IMG/VR virus record: IMGVR_UViG_3300028898_000107
Source of the DNA: a virus
Strand: one strand, 5' to 3'
DNA: 52,349 bases
In this document: positions 22,113 to 30,590 of the stretch, in pieces
Numbering within the stretch: the first letter of the stretch is position 1
How the letters are laid out: each line of letters opens with the position of its first letter
Notes under the pieces: model-generated
What the model saw: the letters and a program-made list of their open reading frames with translations, nothing else
Database searches by the model: none
What the model was told of the DNA's origin: nothing
Made by a program: the position numbers and the translations under genes

Positions 22113-23929
22113 ATTCAACCGACTTTTTGTTGAGGGTCTGGGCTCTCCAGTGTAAAGCAGGAGACCATGTGGCCCTGTCTTCGAAGGATGGGACTTCCTG
22201 GAAGGACTACACCTTTCCTTACGATGAGAACCTGGCCGACCGGCTAAGCGACTGGCTTCGTGATCACCGAGAGAAAGACCTCTACTTCTGCCCTCTGCCT
22301 TTCTCTGGGCCTAGACGGTCCAAGAACCTCGTTCCACGAAGCCGACTCCTCTGGCTTGATATTGATGAGGGTTCCATCACGAGGTGCCCTCCTTCCGTCT
22401 TATGGGAGACCTCTCCTGGTCGTCACTCTGGCCTGTGGGTACTTCCCAAGGCGGTGGCCGCGGAGAACGCTGCCGAGATGTCTAAGCAGATGACCCAGCT
22501 CATCGGGGGCGACAAGGGCGGCTGGGACTTGACGCAGGTTCTCCGGATACCCGGCACGAAGAATTTCAAGTATGACCCCGTTCCTACCGTCAAGCTCAAG
22601 GAGTTCAATCCCTCCCTCATCCTCCGATCCGTCCCTGTGGATACCCTGGGCAAGTGGCGATCCTCTATCCCCAGGAAACTTCTCCGGATCATCGAAGGTC
22701 CCGCCGAAGTCGGCAAGCGCAGCGACATGCTCTGGTATCTGGAGCACGAGCTCTGCGACCTGGGCATACCTTTGAAGGATACTATCGAGATCCTCCGTGG
22801 ATCTGACTGGAACAAATACCGGGGACGGGCAGATGAGGACGAGCGCTTCCAAGTGGAGATAGACAAGATCCGCCAGGACCGCCAGGAGAAGGACGTAGAG
22901 ACCCGCGAAGAGCCACTGTCCCTCCGAGTGGAGACCTACTCCGAGCTGATGGCCTCTATCTCTGGGACTCCCGGATGGATGGTCCGTGACTGGTGGATGC
23001 GGGGATCACACGGTATCATCGCCGGTGAGCCCAAGTCCTTCAAATCCACACTGAACCTGGACCTCTTATTCTCTATCGCCAGCGACCGGCCCTTCCTTGG
23101 CCAGTTCCCTGTGGAACACGGTGGCCCAGTCGTGGTAGTCCAGAACGAGAACTCTGACTGGATGCAACGAGACCGTCTCGAGAAGGTCGCCCTGAGTCGG
23201 GGCGAAGTCGGCAACGTGAAGACTTCCTCTGGACGTTCGATGCGGATCGAGTGGGCAAGGAAGCTCCCGATGTTCTTCGTCAACCAGCAGGGATTTACTC
23301 TAGACGATGCGGCGAACAAGGCTGCCCTCGAGGAACTCATCCAGCGGTACCGACCTGTGGCCCTGGTACTCGACCCCCTCTACCTCATGTTCTCTGGCGA
23401 CGTCAATTCCGCGAAGGAACTCTATCCCGTCCTCAACTGGTGCTTGTACCTCAAGCAGGAGTACAAGTGCTCTGTCATGCTGATCCATCACTATAACAAG
23501 TCCAGTGCCGAAGGACGCCGAGGCGGCCAGCGGATGCTGGGGTCTACCACACTGCATGGGTGGATCGAGTCGGCCTGGTATATCCAGGCGCAGGAGCCCG
23601 CGGACGGCAAGGCACTCGTTACCATAGACCGAGAGTTCCGCGGGGCTGGGCTGTACCCTAAGCAGGACCTGGAGCTAGACATCGGGGAGTACGGAGACCC
23701 CAGGTATGTCGTTGGAATCCGGGAGCATCGTGCTACCGCCGAAGACTTCGAGCAGCAGATCATCAACGCTCTGGCGACCTCCACTGAGCCGCTGAGCAAA
23801 TCATCTCTGTCGAAGAAGCTGGGCCTATCCCGCCGGCAGATCGACAAGGCAGTAGAAGCAATGGTGTCCAAGGGGTACTTGATCCTCAAAGGTGAGAGAT
23901 ACTTCCTGGGCGATCTTAGTAAGTGTTAA
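22109..23929 (+). CDS. AEP-type primase-polymerase fused to RepA/DnaB-like (AAA_25-type) helicase with C-terminal winged helix
   Basis: AEP motifs LLWLDIDEG and SPGRHSGLWVL. P-loop-like AGEPKSFKST, Walker B LVLDPL. 606 aa. Confidence 0.75.
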   Translation: MNSTDFLLRVWALQCKAGDHVALSSKDGTSWKDYTFPYDENLADRLSDWLRDHREKDLYFCPLPFSGPRRSKNLVPRSRLLWLDIDEGSITRCPPSVLWETSPGRHSGLWVLPKAVAAENAAEMSKQMTQLIGGDKGGWDLTQVLRIPGTKNFKYDPVPTVKLKEFNPSLILRSVPVDTLGKWRSSIPRKLLRIIEGPAEVGKRSDMLWYLEHELCDLGIPLKDTIEILRGSDWNKYRGRADEDERFQVEIDKIRQDRQEKDVETREEPLSLRVETYSELMASISGTPGWMVRDWWMRGSHGIIAGEPKSFKSTLNLDLLFSIASDRPFLGQFPVEHGGPVVVVQNENSDWMQRDRLEKVALSRGEVGNVKTSSGRSMRIEWARKLPMFFVNQQGFTLDDAANKAALEELIQRYRPVALVLDPLYLMFSGDVNSAKELYPVLNWCLYLKQEYKCSVMLIHHYNKSSAEGRRGGQRMLGSTTLHGWIESAWYIQAQEPADGKALVTIDREFRGAGLYPKQDLELDIGEYGDPRYVVGIREHRATAEDFEQQIINALATSTEPLSKSSLSKKLGLSRRQIDKAVEAMVSKGYLILKGERYFLGDLSKC

Positions 23930-23947
23930 TTCAACAAGGGAGGTAAC

Positions 23948-24238
23948 ATGATTCAACGAGTACTGATATGTGGCCGCGACTGTCATCCGGGCGGTCCTAA
24001 TTGCAACAACTACTGCGGCCATGACCCAAGCAAGCCTCTGGCTGACCTCCCCATGCCTGCGACTCTGGAGATCCAGCAGGCGGCTGCACACCGTGCGGCT
24101 CTGGCTCGACTGACTGAGGCGAAGGAAGCTTGGGTGGAGTATCTGGGGCTGCTGGGTGAGGGTTCTCAACGTGTCCAGCTTATCATCCAGTGCTTGAGCG
24201 AGATAATCGACAACCCATCGGAGAACCGTCATGTATAA
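23948..24238 (+). CDS. hypothetical Cys-rich protein
   Basis: GGGAGG precedes ATG 23948. CGRDCHPGGPNCNNYC. Confidence 0.6.
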   Translation: MIQRVLICGRDCHPGGPNCNNYCGHDPSKPLADLPMPATLEIQQAAAHRAALARLTEAKEAWVEYLGLLGEGSQRVQLIIQCLSEIIDNPSENRHV

Positions 24239-24257
24239 GGTAAAAGGAGTGAGTGTC

Positions 24258-24683
24258 ATGAGCAAGGAGGTCATCGTCGAGCTCCAGAATGGCAATCCGA
24301 TGGAGGACTACCAGGTCAAGTCTGATTCGATGACTGGGGCGATCTGCGAGGTCATCCAAGTAGCCCAGCAGGAGGCTACTCGAGACCTGGCGGTAGCTCT
24401 TCATCGTGCAGAGTCTGAGCGATTGCTCTTGCTGATTCACATGAAGCGATACCTGGCTGGCCGTGACGAGCGGAGGAGTACGGCCGATTCCCTCCGTGCT
24501 TTCTATAACCTGATCAATCGGTTCGAGGCCTCTTTGGCCCTGGCCCGTGCGGACTGGGTACGCCGTTATGAGGCCGCGGGTGGGGCGAACCTGGATGCCT
24601 GGCCAGAAGCTGGACTAGACTGGCTACTGAATGCCCCAGAGAAGGCTGCCTTGCTGGCCTGTCCAGGAGGTTCTCATGGCTGA
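24258..24683 (+). CDS. hypothetical protein
   Basis: AAAGGAG precedes ATG 24258 (the track start 24231 lacks an RBS). Confidence 0.6.
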   Translation: MSKEVIVELQNGNPMEDYQVKSDSMTGAICEVIQVAQQEATRDLAVALHRAESERLLLLIHMKRYLAGRDERRSTADSLRAFYNLINRFEASLALARADWVRRYEAAGGANLDAWPEAGLDWLLNAPEKAALLACPGGSHG

Positions 24684-24873
24684 TATTGGAGACATGGCCG
24701 GCGAGGTCAACGAGATCGCTATGGAGAACGCCATTGCGTATCACCGGGTAGCCGTCGAAAGCGGGGTTCCTCGCACGGGCAAGTGCCACTGGTGTGAGGA
24801 GGAACTTGTGGATCAACGAGGAGTCTTCTGCGATGGGGACTGCCGGGATGATTACGAGAGGAGTCGGCGATGA
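24676..24873 (+). CDS. TraR/DksA-type C4 zinc-finger protein
   Basis: AGGAGG precedes ATG 24676. CHWCEE...FCDGDCRDDYE. Confidence 0.7.
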   Translation: MADIGDMAGEVNEIAMENAIAYHRVAVESGVPRTGKCHWCEEELVDQRGVFCDGDCRDDYERSRR

Positions 24874-25064
24874 GCTATAAAGTAGAGGACAGAAAGAGAA
24901 TGATGGAGTCCTATCTTTCTCGGGTCTGTGGGGAGACAGTCCTCGGGGCTTCTGATGAGGATCTACGTGGGTTCGAGCTGCTGGTGTTGGACCTTCAACA
25001 TCGGTTCCTGGGGCTGAATCTGTCGGGGGTACTGTGGGAGGCACTCGGTGAAGAACTACCATAG
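24870..25064 (+). CDS. hypothetical protein
   Basis: ATGA-coupled. 64 aa. Confidence 0.55.
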   Translation: MSYKVEDRKRMMESYLSRVCGETVLGASDEDLRGFELLVLDLQHRFLGLNLSGVLWEALGEELP

Positions 25065-25263
25065 TGGTGGGGGAGATCCTGAGGAGCGGATGCTCTGTCA
25101 TGAGGAGTGGATGGAGCGTAGAAAGGCTCGGGAGGACTGTCGGATCGAGGGGGGAGTGGTCATGATTCGGCTTCCTCTTGGTAAGCTCATAGAGCTGTCT
25201 GAGAGGCTCGAGAGGCTGGGGACATTGAAGGAACGTCTGATGGCTGTCGCGGAGGCCCTGTGA
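25048..25263 (+). CDS. hypothetical protein
   Basis: GGGAGG lies 6 nt before GTG 25048. 71 aa. Confidence 0.5.
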   Translation: MKNYHSGGGDPEERMLCHEEWMERRKAREDCRIEGGVVMIRLPLGKLIELSERLERLGTLKERLMAVAEAL

Positions 25264-25533
25264 TGCGCAGGATTTTGGCGATTTTGCGCGACTTTCAGGA
25301 GTACCAGAGGGGTTTTAGTGGAAGTAATGAAATCTGCGCACTAGTGCGAGATAAGTGCGCAGAGATAGTGTGGAAGGTAGCAAATACGGGGTTCTTCATC
25401 TGTGCAGCAGTGCACAGTAAGTGCAAGACGACGCAAAAGCGTCCAACCCCATATCTCTTTGCACACTCTCCCTATATAATAATTATCCCTTTCAGGGATA
25501 ATTTCTAATGGGAGTGCGCAGAGGAGGAATAAG
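25264..25533. promoter_or_regulatory. repeat- and palindrome-rich control region
   Basis: AGTGCGCAGAG occurs at 25353-25363 and 25512-25522. 12-bp palindrome CGCACTAGTGCG at 25336-25347. TGTGCA-gcag-TGCACA at 25400-25415. 10-bp inverted repeat AATTATCCCT-ttc-AGGGATAATT at 25480-25502. TATAAT at 25474-25479. Confidence 0.5.
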
Positions 25534-26280
25534 ATGAAGCTGAAGATAAAAAAACTATTCAAAATGGCAGGAGGTCTTTATCTTGGGGACATCATCCGGC
25601 TATCTGGGGTTGAGGACCTGGATGAGGTAGAGAGAGAATTAGAGGAGTTGATGGAGGAGGGATTCATTGAGAAGAATACCACCTCGTCGGGAATACATCT
25701 CTATCGGATTCCGAAGGTCGGAGAAGAGGTTCGAAGGACAAAACCTCTAGAGGTTAGAAGACCCGTTCGGTTTGAGGATGTAAGCCAGGTCATCCAGAAG
25801 ATGGAAGAGATCGGAGGAGAATTCACCGTCAATATGGTGGTGAGGGCCTTCAAAGACCAAGGGGAGAAGTTTTCATCCGATAAGATGAAAAATATCTTCG
25901 CTCACTTGATAGAGGACGGAATGATAGAGGTGGCCAAGACTCGGAAGTACATGGGGAGGGTATATGACCTCTATCACTTGAAGGATGAAGGCTATCCTGA
26001 AGCCTGGAAGGTGGTCTTAAAGCTTCGGGAGTTCAGTCTTCAAGAATTTCTCAATGGGTATAATCACGATGATGAAGAGGAAAGCAAGAAGGTTTTGAAA
26101 TACTTCCTTGATCGAAAGGCACTCTTCGAGGTGGGGAGAGGTCATTATCAACTGGAGGACTGGGTGAGTAAACATCGGATGGCTGAAGTTCTGGAGGTGT
26201 CCAGAAGGAAGGTGAACCAGATGATCGAGTCCGGTGAGTTAATCGAAGATGAGAAGAGTGGGAGGGTGAAGAGAAAATGA
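25534..26280 (+). CDS. AT-rich gene for a putative multi-winged-helix/HTH DNA-binding protein
   Basis: GAGGAGG precedes ATG 25534. 248 aa, Lys/Glu-rich with repeated about-70-aa units. C-terminal HRMAEVLEVSRRKVNQMIESGEL looks like an HTH. The gene is visibly lower in GC than its neighbours. Confidence 0.5.
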   Translation: MKLKIKKLFKMAGGLYLGDIIRLSGVEDLDEVERELEELMEEGFIEKNTTSSGIHLYRIPKVGEEVRRTKPLEVRRPVRFEDVSQVIQKMEEIGGEFTVNMVVRAFKDQGEKFSSDKMKNIFAHLIEDGMIEVAKTRKYMGRVYDLYHLKDEGYPEAWKVVLKLREFSLQEFLNGYNHDDEEESKKVLKYFLDRKALFEVGRGHYQLEDWVSKHRMAEVLEVSRRKVNQMIESGELIEDEKSGRVKRK

Positions 26281-26681
26281 TACCAGAAGCTCATAAGAGG
26301 TTGTTGAAGTGGGGGGTATGGGAACGGATACCGGTAGCAGGGGTCAACATTGGATATGCCCCTACGACGATCACGGGGAAGCTGATGGATGGGCGAGGGG
26401 AGTTTCTTCCCGGTGCTCCACGTGGTAGCGGTCCTGTCAAGATCAATATCTCGGAAGAGATGATGATGATGAGCCGGTTTGTCAAGAGACTGGAGCGGAA
26501 GCACAAGAAGATAGTATATGAGGTGTATGCTGGAGAGCTGGGGTATTCGATGGAGGAACGAGCGATTCGGCTTCAGATGAGCCGGCAGAGCCTATACTGT
26601 CACCTGCATAAGATCCATTTCAAGCTCATGTGCTATGTGGACACCCCAGAGGTAGCGAAACGAGCGATTAAAAAAGATTGA
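26277..26681 (+). CDS. Q-like late-gene antiterminator (P22 gp23 / Phage_antitermQ-like)
   Basis: LLKWGVW...ISEEMMMMSRFVKRL...VYEVYAGELGYSMEERAIRLQMSRQSLYCHLHKIHFKL parallels LERWGAW...DDDAM...L...DYY...of lambdoid Q proteins. It lies immediately upstream of the late promoter. Confidence 0.55.
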   Translation: MIPEAHKRLLKWGVWERIPVAGVNIGYAPTTITGKLMDGRGEFLPGAPRGSGPVKINISEEMMMMSRFVKRLERKHKKIVYEVYAGELGYSMEERAIRLQMSRQSLYCHLHKIHFKLMCYVDTPEVAKRAIKKD

Positions 26682-26690
26682 TCCGACCCA

Positions 26691-26720
26691 TTTACAAGGG
26701 TTTACAATCTTTGATAGAAT
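26691..26720 (+). promoter_or_regulatory. late promoter candidate TTTACA-N18-TAGAAT
   Basis: TTTACAagggtttacaatctttgaTAGAAT, 10 nt after the Q-like stop. It contains a second TTTACAATCT (26701-26710), identical to the -35 context of the leftward promoters. Confidence 0.55.
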
Positions 26721-26986
26721 TCTGGCACTCTACAATTTTGTCCCTGTCATCAAACTGCCTCTAGCTCACCTGGGGGCATTTTCATGGGAGTGACAGCCGC
26801 CGGGATTGATCCCACAGAGTCTTGCCTTGGGCCTCGGCTCTGCGATAAGGTTATCGCAACATGGGCACCACCTGGCGCCGAGTGACCTCTTCATCTATCG
26901 CCTTAAGGTTGAAGATGAAGACAGTAGCTACTCTCCCACCCCTCAACCCCTCCACTACTGTGGGATAACTGCTCCTAACTGCAACC

Positions 26987-27367
26987 ATGTCTCGAGGCTC
27001 ATTCAAGAAAGGCGACAACCGGATCAACCGCACTGGCCGTCCAGTCGGTTCCAAGAATCGTGTGAAGTATCTCACGAACGAGGAACGGATGGCCATCGTC
27101 AAGAAGGGCGATTTGACCCCGCTGCAGTTCATGCAGTCGATGGCGATGGACGAGACTCTTGATCCGGCACTGCGTTTGAAGGCTGCCTCTGATGTGGCTC
27201 CGTATCTCCACCGCAAGAAGCCTGTGGCTATTGACGGCGGTGAGGGCAAGCCGTTGACCGTTCTATCGGCAGAGAAGCTGGCTGCCATGAGCAATGAAGA
27301 TCTCGGGGCTCTGAATGCGGCATTGATCAAACTGGGGGCTGGCAGTGGGGAAGAAGATCCAACTTGA
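26987..27367 (+). CDS. terS: terminase small subunit (DUF5681-like N-terminus)
   Basis: FKKGDNRINRTGRPVGSKN motif. Immediately upstream of the large terminase gene and overlapping it. Confidence 0.65.
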   Translation: MSRGSFKKGDNRINRTGRPVGSKNRVKYLTNEERMAIVKKGDLTPLQFMQSMAMDETLDPALRLKAASDVAPYLHRKKPVAIDGGEGKPLTVLSAEKLAAMSNEDLGALNAALIKLGAGSGEEDPT

Positions 27368-28712
27368 CTTCAGCCCGCCCAGGAGGAAGCGCACTCCTCT
27401 GGCTGACCCGAAGTTAACCTACTCCCTGCTGTCTAACCTGAGTCAAGAAGACATCCGATTACTGCAGGCAGAACTCAAACGACGGAGGGCGGATAGCTCT
27501 TCCCTGGTATTGAACCCCGAGTCTTCGTTCTATCCCCTGTGTGGAGCCCAGGCAGACTTCAAGGTCTTCTACGGTGGACGCGATTCGGCGAAGTCCTGGA
27601 CAGCAGCAGAAGCTGCCATCCGCAGAGCCCGTACACGCCGCACCAGGTTCCTGTGCACCCGCGAATACCAGGTATCTATCAGGGACTCGATTCACCGGCT
27701 TCTAAAGGACACTGCCGAGCGTCTGGGCGTCTCCCACGAGTTCAAGATCACGGACCGGGAGATAACCCACATCAAGACGAAGTCCGAGTTCTTGTTCAAG
27801 GGCCTGCACCATAACACGGACGAGATCAAGTCCACGGAAGGCATCGACGTCTGCATCGTTGAAGAAGCGCACTTCACTGAAGATGATTCTTGGGAACTGT
27901 TGATCCCGACCATTCGCAAGGAAGGTGCCGAGATCTGGGTGCTGTTCAACGTCACTGACGAAAAGACGGCCACTTACCAGAGATTTGTGGTGAACCCTCC
28001 GCCAGGCGCGATCGTCGTCAAGGTCGGATACGAGGACAATCCACACCTGTCGGAACGCTCGAAGCGGGCGATCGAGCATCTCAAGACTACGGATTATGAG
28101 GCCTACCTGCATGTCTATGGGGGCCACCCGAAGAAGACTTCTGACGCCGCTATCCTGAAGAGGGTTCGGGTCGAAGCCTTCGATGATGAACTGTGGAAGC
28201 AGGCTGAGCGCATCCATCTGGGCGCGGACTTCGGGTTCGCTGCCGACCCCAGCACATTGATCCGGTCATTCATTATCGGTCGGAAGCTCTACATCGAGCA
28301 CGAGGCGTTCGGCCATAGTGTGGAACTCGACGAGATGCCTCAGCTGTATGACTCGGTTCCCGGGTCTCGGGACTGGCCGATCAAGGCGGATTCATCAAGG
28401 CCGGAGACCATCAGCCATTTGAAGAGCAAGGGATTCAAGATCTCGGCCGCTGAGAAGTGGCAAGGGTCGGTAGAGGATGGGATCACCCACCTGAATGCTT
28501 TCGAGCAGATCATCATCCATCCACGGTGCAAGAACATCGCCGAAGAGGCGGTCTTCTATCGGTTCAAGGTCGACAAGGTCACCGGAGAAGTACTGCCCGT
28601 GATCGTCGATGACTGGAACCATGGATGGGATGCAGTGCGCTACTCCTTGGACGGGTACATTCAGCGAAAAGGCAACCTGGGCGTCTGGGCGAAATTGGGG
28701 AAACAACGGTGA
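27345..28712 (+). CDS. terL: terminase large subunit (PBSX/Terminase_3-like)
   Basis: Walker A-like YGGRDSAKSW, CTREYQ, Walker B VCIVEEA, and a C-terminal nuclease domain with DW.HGWDA. GTG start at 27345. Confidence 0.85.
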   Translation: MGKKIQLDFSPPRRKRTPLADPKLTYSLLSNLSQEDIRLLQAELKRRRADSSSLVLNPESSFYPLCGAQADFKVFYGGRDSAKSWTAAEAAIRRARTRRTRFLCTREYQVSIRDSIHRLLKDTAERLGVSHEFKITDREITHIKTKSEFLFKGLHHNTDEIKSTEGIDVCIVEEAHFTEDDSWELLIPTIRKEGAEIWVLFNVTDEKTATYQRFVVNPPPGAIVVKVGYEDNPHLSERSKRAIEHLKTTDYEAYLHVYGGHPKKTSDAAILKRVRVEAFDDELWKQAERIHLGADFGFAADPSTLIRSFIIGRKLYIEHEAFGHSVELDEMPQLYDSVPGSRDWPIKADSSRPETISHLKSKGFKISAAEKWQGSVEDGITHLNAFEQIIIHPRCKNIAEEAVFYRFKVDKVTGEVLPVIVDDWNHGWDAVRYSLDGYIQRKGNLGVWAKLGKQR

Positions 28713-28894
28713 GCAAGAGGTACGAGAAGAATCTGGAGTTCGAAGGACTCACTACCGCAGAATTCGCCCAGCGCCTCGGGGTTCCCGTGTGGAAAGTGAG
28801 GTATCTGGTTGAACGGAAGAGGATCATCGGGATCTGTCGACACCCCCTGTCTGGCAAGCTGTACTTCAACGAGAATGCAAGAGTGATTGACTGA
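28709..28894 (+). CDS. small HTH protein
   Basis: GTGA overlap with the terL stop. LTTAEFAQRLGVPVWKVRYLVERKRI. Confidence 0.55.
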   Translation: MSKRYEKNLEFEGLTTAEFAQRLGVPVWKVRYLVERKRIIGICRHPLSGKLYFNENARVID

Positions 28895-28978
28895 ATGACA
28901 ATGATGGGGGCTTCCACTCCTTCTCCCTGGTTGGTGGCTGAGGCTCCTCAGCATCGGGAGTCCCCTTCATTGTCATTC
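28893..28978 (+). other. long nested hairpin immediately 5' of the tRNA
   Basis: GAATGACAATGA (28893-28904) pairs with TCATTGTCATTC (28967-28978). This is extended by GGGG/CCCC. Inner palindrome CTGAGGCTCCTCAG at 28938-28951. Confidence 0.6.
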
Positions 28979-28981
28979 TAG

Positions 28982-29054
28982 CGCGGAGTAGCTCAGTCGG
29001 AAGAGCGGGAGACTCATAATCTCTAGGTCATCGGTTCAAGTCCGGTCTCCGCAA
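28982..29054 (+). tRNA. tRNA-Met (CAT), initiator-like acceptor and T arm
   Basis: Manual cloverleaf: CGCGGAG-TA-GCTC-AGTCGGAA-GAGC-G-GGAGA-CTCATAA-TCTCT-AGGTC-ATCGG-TTCAAGT-CCGGT-CTCCGCA-A. C1:A72 mismatch. Followed by CCC, so the CCA end is not fully encoded. Confidence 0.85.
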
Positions 29055-29195
29055 CCCCCTAACAGGTGAAAGCTCGGCCATAAGCTGAGGGCTAATCGTC
29101 CACGGTGCAGCGGAAGGTATCTCCCCCTTCTGGCTACATCTGGGCGTTGTCAAGTCGGAGATTAGCACCGGCCACCTGACCCTATCGAGGAAACC

Positions 29196-30590
29196 ATGTC
29201 GAAGAAGAGCATCGTTCGGACGACTCAAGCTGCCCTGACCCAGGAGAAGAAGATGAGGGCGAAGGATAGCTTCGTCAACTTCGCTCACAATCTGGGCATC
29301 GGAGCTGACAACCCTATGACCTCTTCATCATATGGTTTCAACCCGATCACCCGCAACAGAACGCTGCTCGAGTGGGTTCATCGCGGTTCCTGGCTAGGCG
29401 GAGTGGCCATTGACGTAGTGGCCGACGATATGACCCGAGCTGGGGTCTCTCACAAGGGTGAACTCAAGCCAGGAACCATCGAGGATCTCGAGGAAGAGGC
29501 AGTTCGCCTCGGAGTTTGGGAGACCCTCAACGACTCTGTCAAGTGGAGTCGGTTGTATGGTGGCTGCATCGCAGTGATGCTGATAGATGGCCAGGACCTG
29601 AGCACACCGCTTCGTCTCAACACCATTCGCAAAGGGCAGTTCTGTGGACTGATGACGCTTGACCGCTGGATGGTCGAGCCCAGCCTCAACGACCTGGTCA
29701 CCGAGCTCGGTCCTAACCTGGGCCTGCCGAAGTACTACACCGTCACCGCTCAAGCTCCTGCCTTATCCCGTCAGAAAATCCACTATAGCCGATGCATCCG
29801 GCTAGAAGGCATCAAGCTGCCATACTGGCAGAGACTGATGGAGAACCTGTGGGGCTTGTCTGAGCTCGAACGTCTGTATGACCGGATGATCGCTTTCGAC
29901 TCGGCTACCACTGGCGCTGCTCAGCTGGTTTACAAGTCCTATATCCGGACTTACAAGATCAAGGATATGAGGGAGGTCGTAGCCACGGGTGGACCTGCTG
30001 CCGAAGGACTGGTCAAGTATGTGGACATGATGCGTCGCTTCCAAGGGATCGAGGGAATGACCTTGATCGATGCTGAAGACAGTATGGAGTCCTCCACCCA
30101 CGGTGCCTTCTCTGGTCTATCGGATGCCCTGGTGCAATTCGGCCAGCAGCTCTCTGGGGCGTTGCAGATCCCGTTGGTTCGACTGTTCGGGCAGAGCCCC
30201 GCAGGCTTCAGCTCTGGCGACTCTGACCTGCGCAATTACTACGACAACATCAAGCAGAAGCAAGAGAAGCAGCTGCGGGTGGGAGTCACGAAGGTCTATC
30301 GAGCACTGGCCGCATCCAGGGGGGTTGACCTGCCGGACGGATACCGACTCGAGTTCAATTCCCTGTGGCAACTCAATGATGAGCAGAAGGCCGCTATCGC
30401 CTCGAGCACCTCGAGTGCCATCTCTGCTGTCGAAGGTTCTGGGGTGATCGACCGTGCAACGGCCCTGAAGGAGCTCAAGCAGTGCAGCACGGTCACGAAC
30501 ATCTTCTCGAACATTACCGACGAAATGATCCGCGAGGCGGAAGGCGAAGGTCCTCCAATACCAGATGATGTGCTCCCTACTGACGAATGA
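29196..30590 (+). CDS. portal protein (DUF1073-like)
   Basis: 464 aa. It is the first large gene after the terminase genes, with an acidic C-terminus. Confidence 0.75.
   Translation: MSKKSIVRTTQAALTQEKKMRAKDSFVNFAHNLGIGADNPMTSSSYGFNPITRNRTLLEWVHRGSWLGGVAIDVVADDMTRAGVSHKGELKPGTIEDLEEEAVRLGVWETLNDSVKWSRLYGGCIAVMLIDGQDLSTPLRLNTIRKGQFCGLMTLDRWMVEPSLNDLVTELGPNLGLPKYYTVTAQAPALSRQKIHYSRCIRLEGIKLPYWQRLMENLWGLSELERLYDRMIAFDSATTGAAQLVYKSYIRTYKIKDMREVVATGGPAAEGLVKYVDMMRRFQGIEGMTLIDAEDSMESSTHGAFSGLSDALVQFGQQLSGALQIPLVRLFGQSPAGFSSGDSDLRNYYDNIKQKQEKQLRVGVTKVYRALAASRGVDLPDGYRLEFNSLWQLNDEQKAAIASSTSSAISAVEGSGVIDRATALKELKQCSTVTNIFSNITDEMIREAEGEGPPIPDDVLPTDE

Noticed and set aside
24514-25101. 195-aa minus-strand ORF
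   Set aside because: It is antisense to four coupled plus-strand genes and is Pro/Arg/Ser-rich.
25260-25508. 82-aa ORF covering the repeat-rich region
   Set aside because: Its C-terminal third translates an AT-rich TATAAT/inverted-repeat segment (PYIIIIPFRDNF). The region is dense in palindromes and direct repeats. I keep it only as a low-probability alternative.
26806-27162. 118-aa ORF in the late leader
   Set aside because: It has no RBS and runs out of frame into the well-supported small terminase gene.
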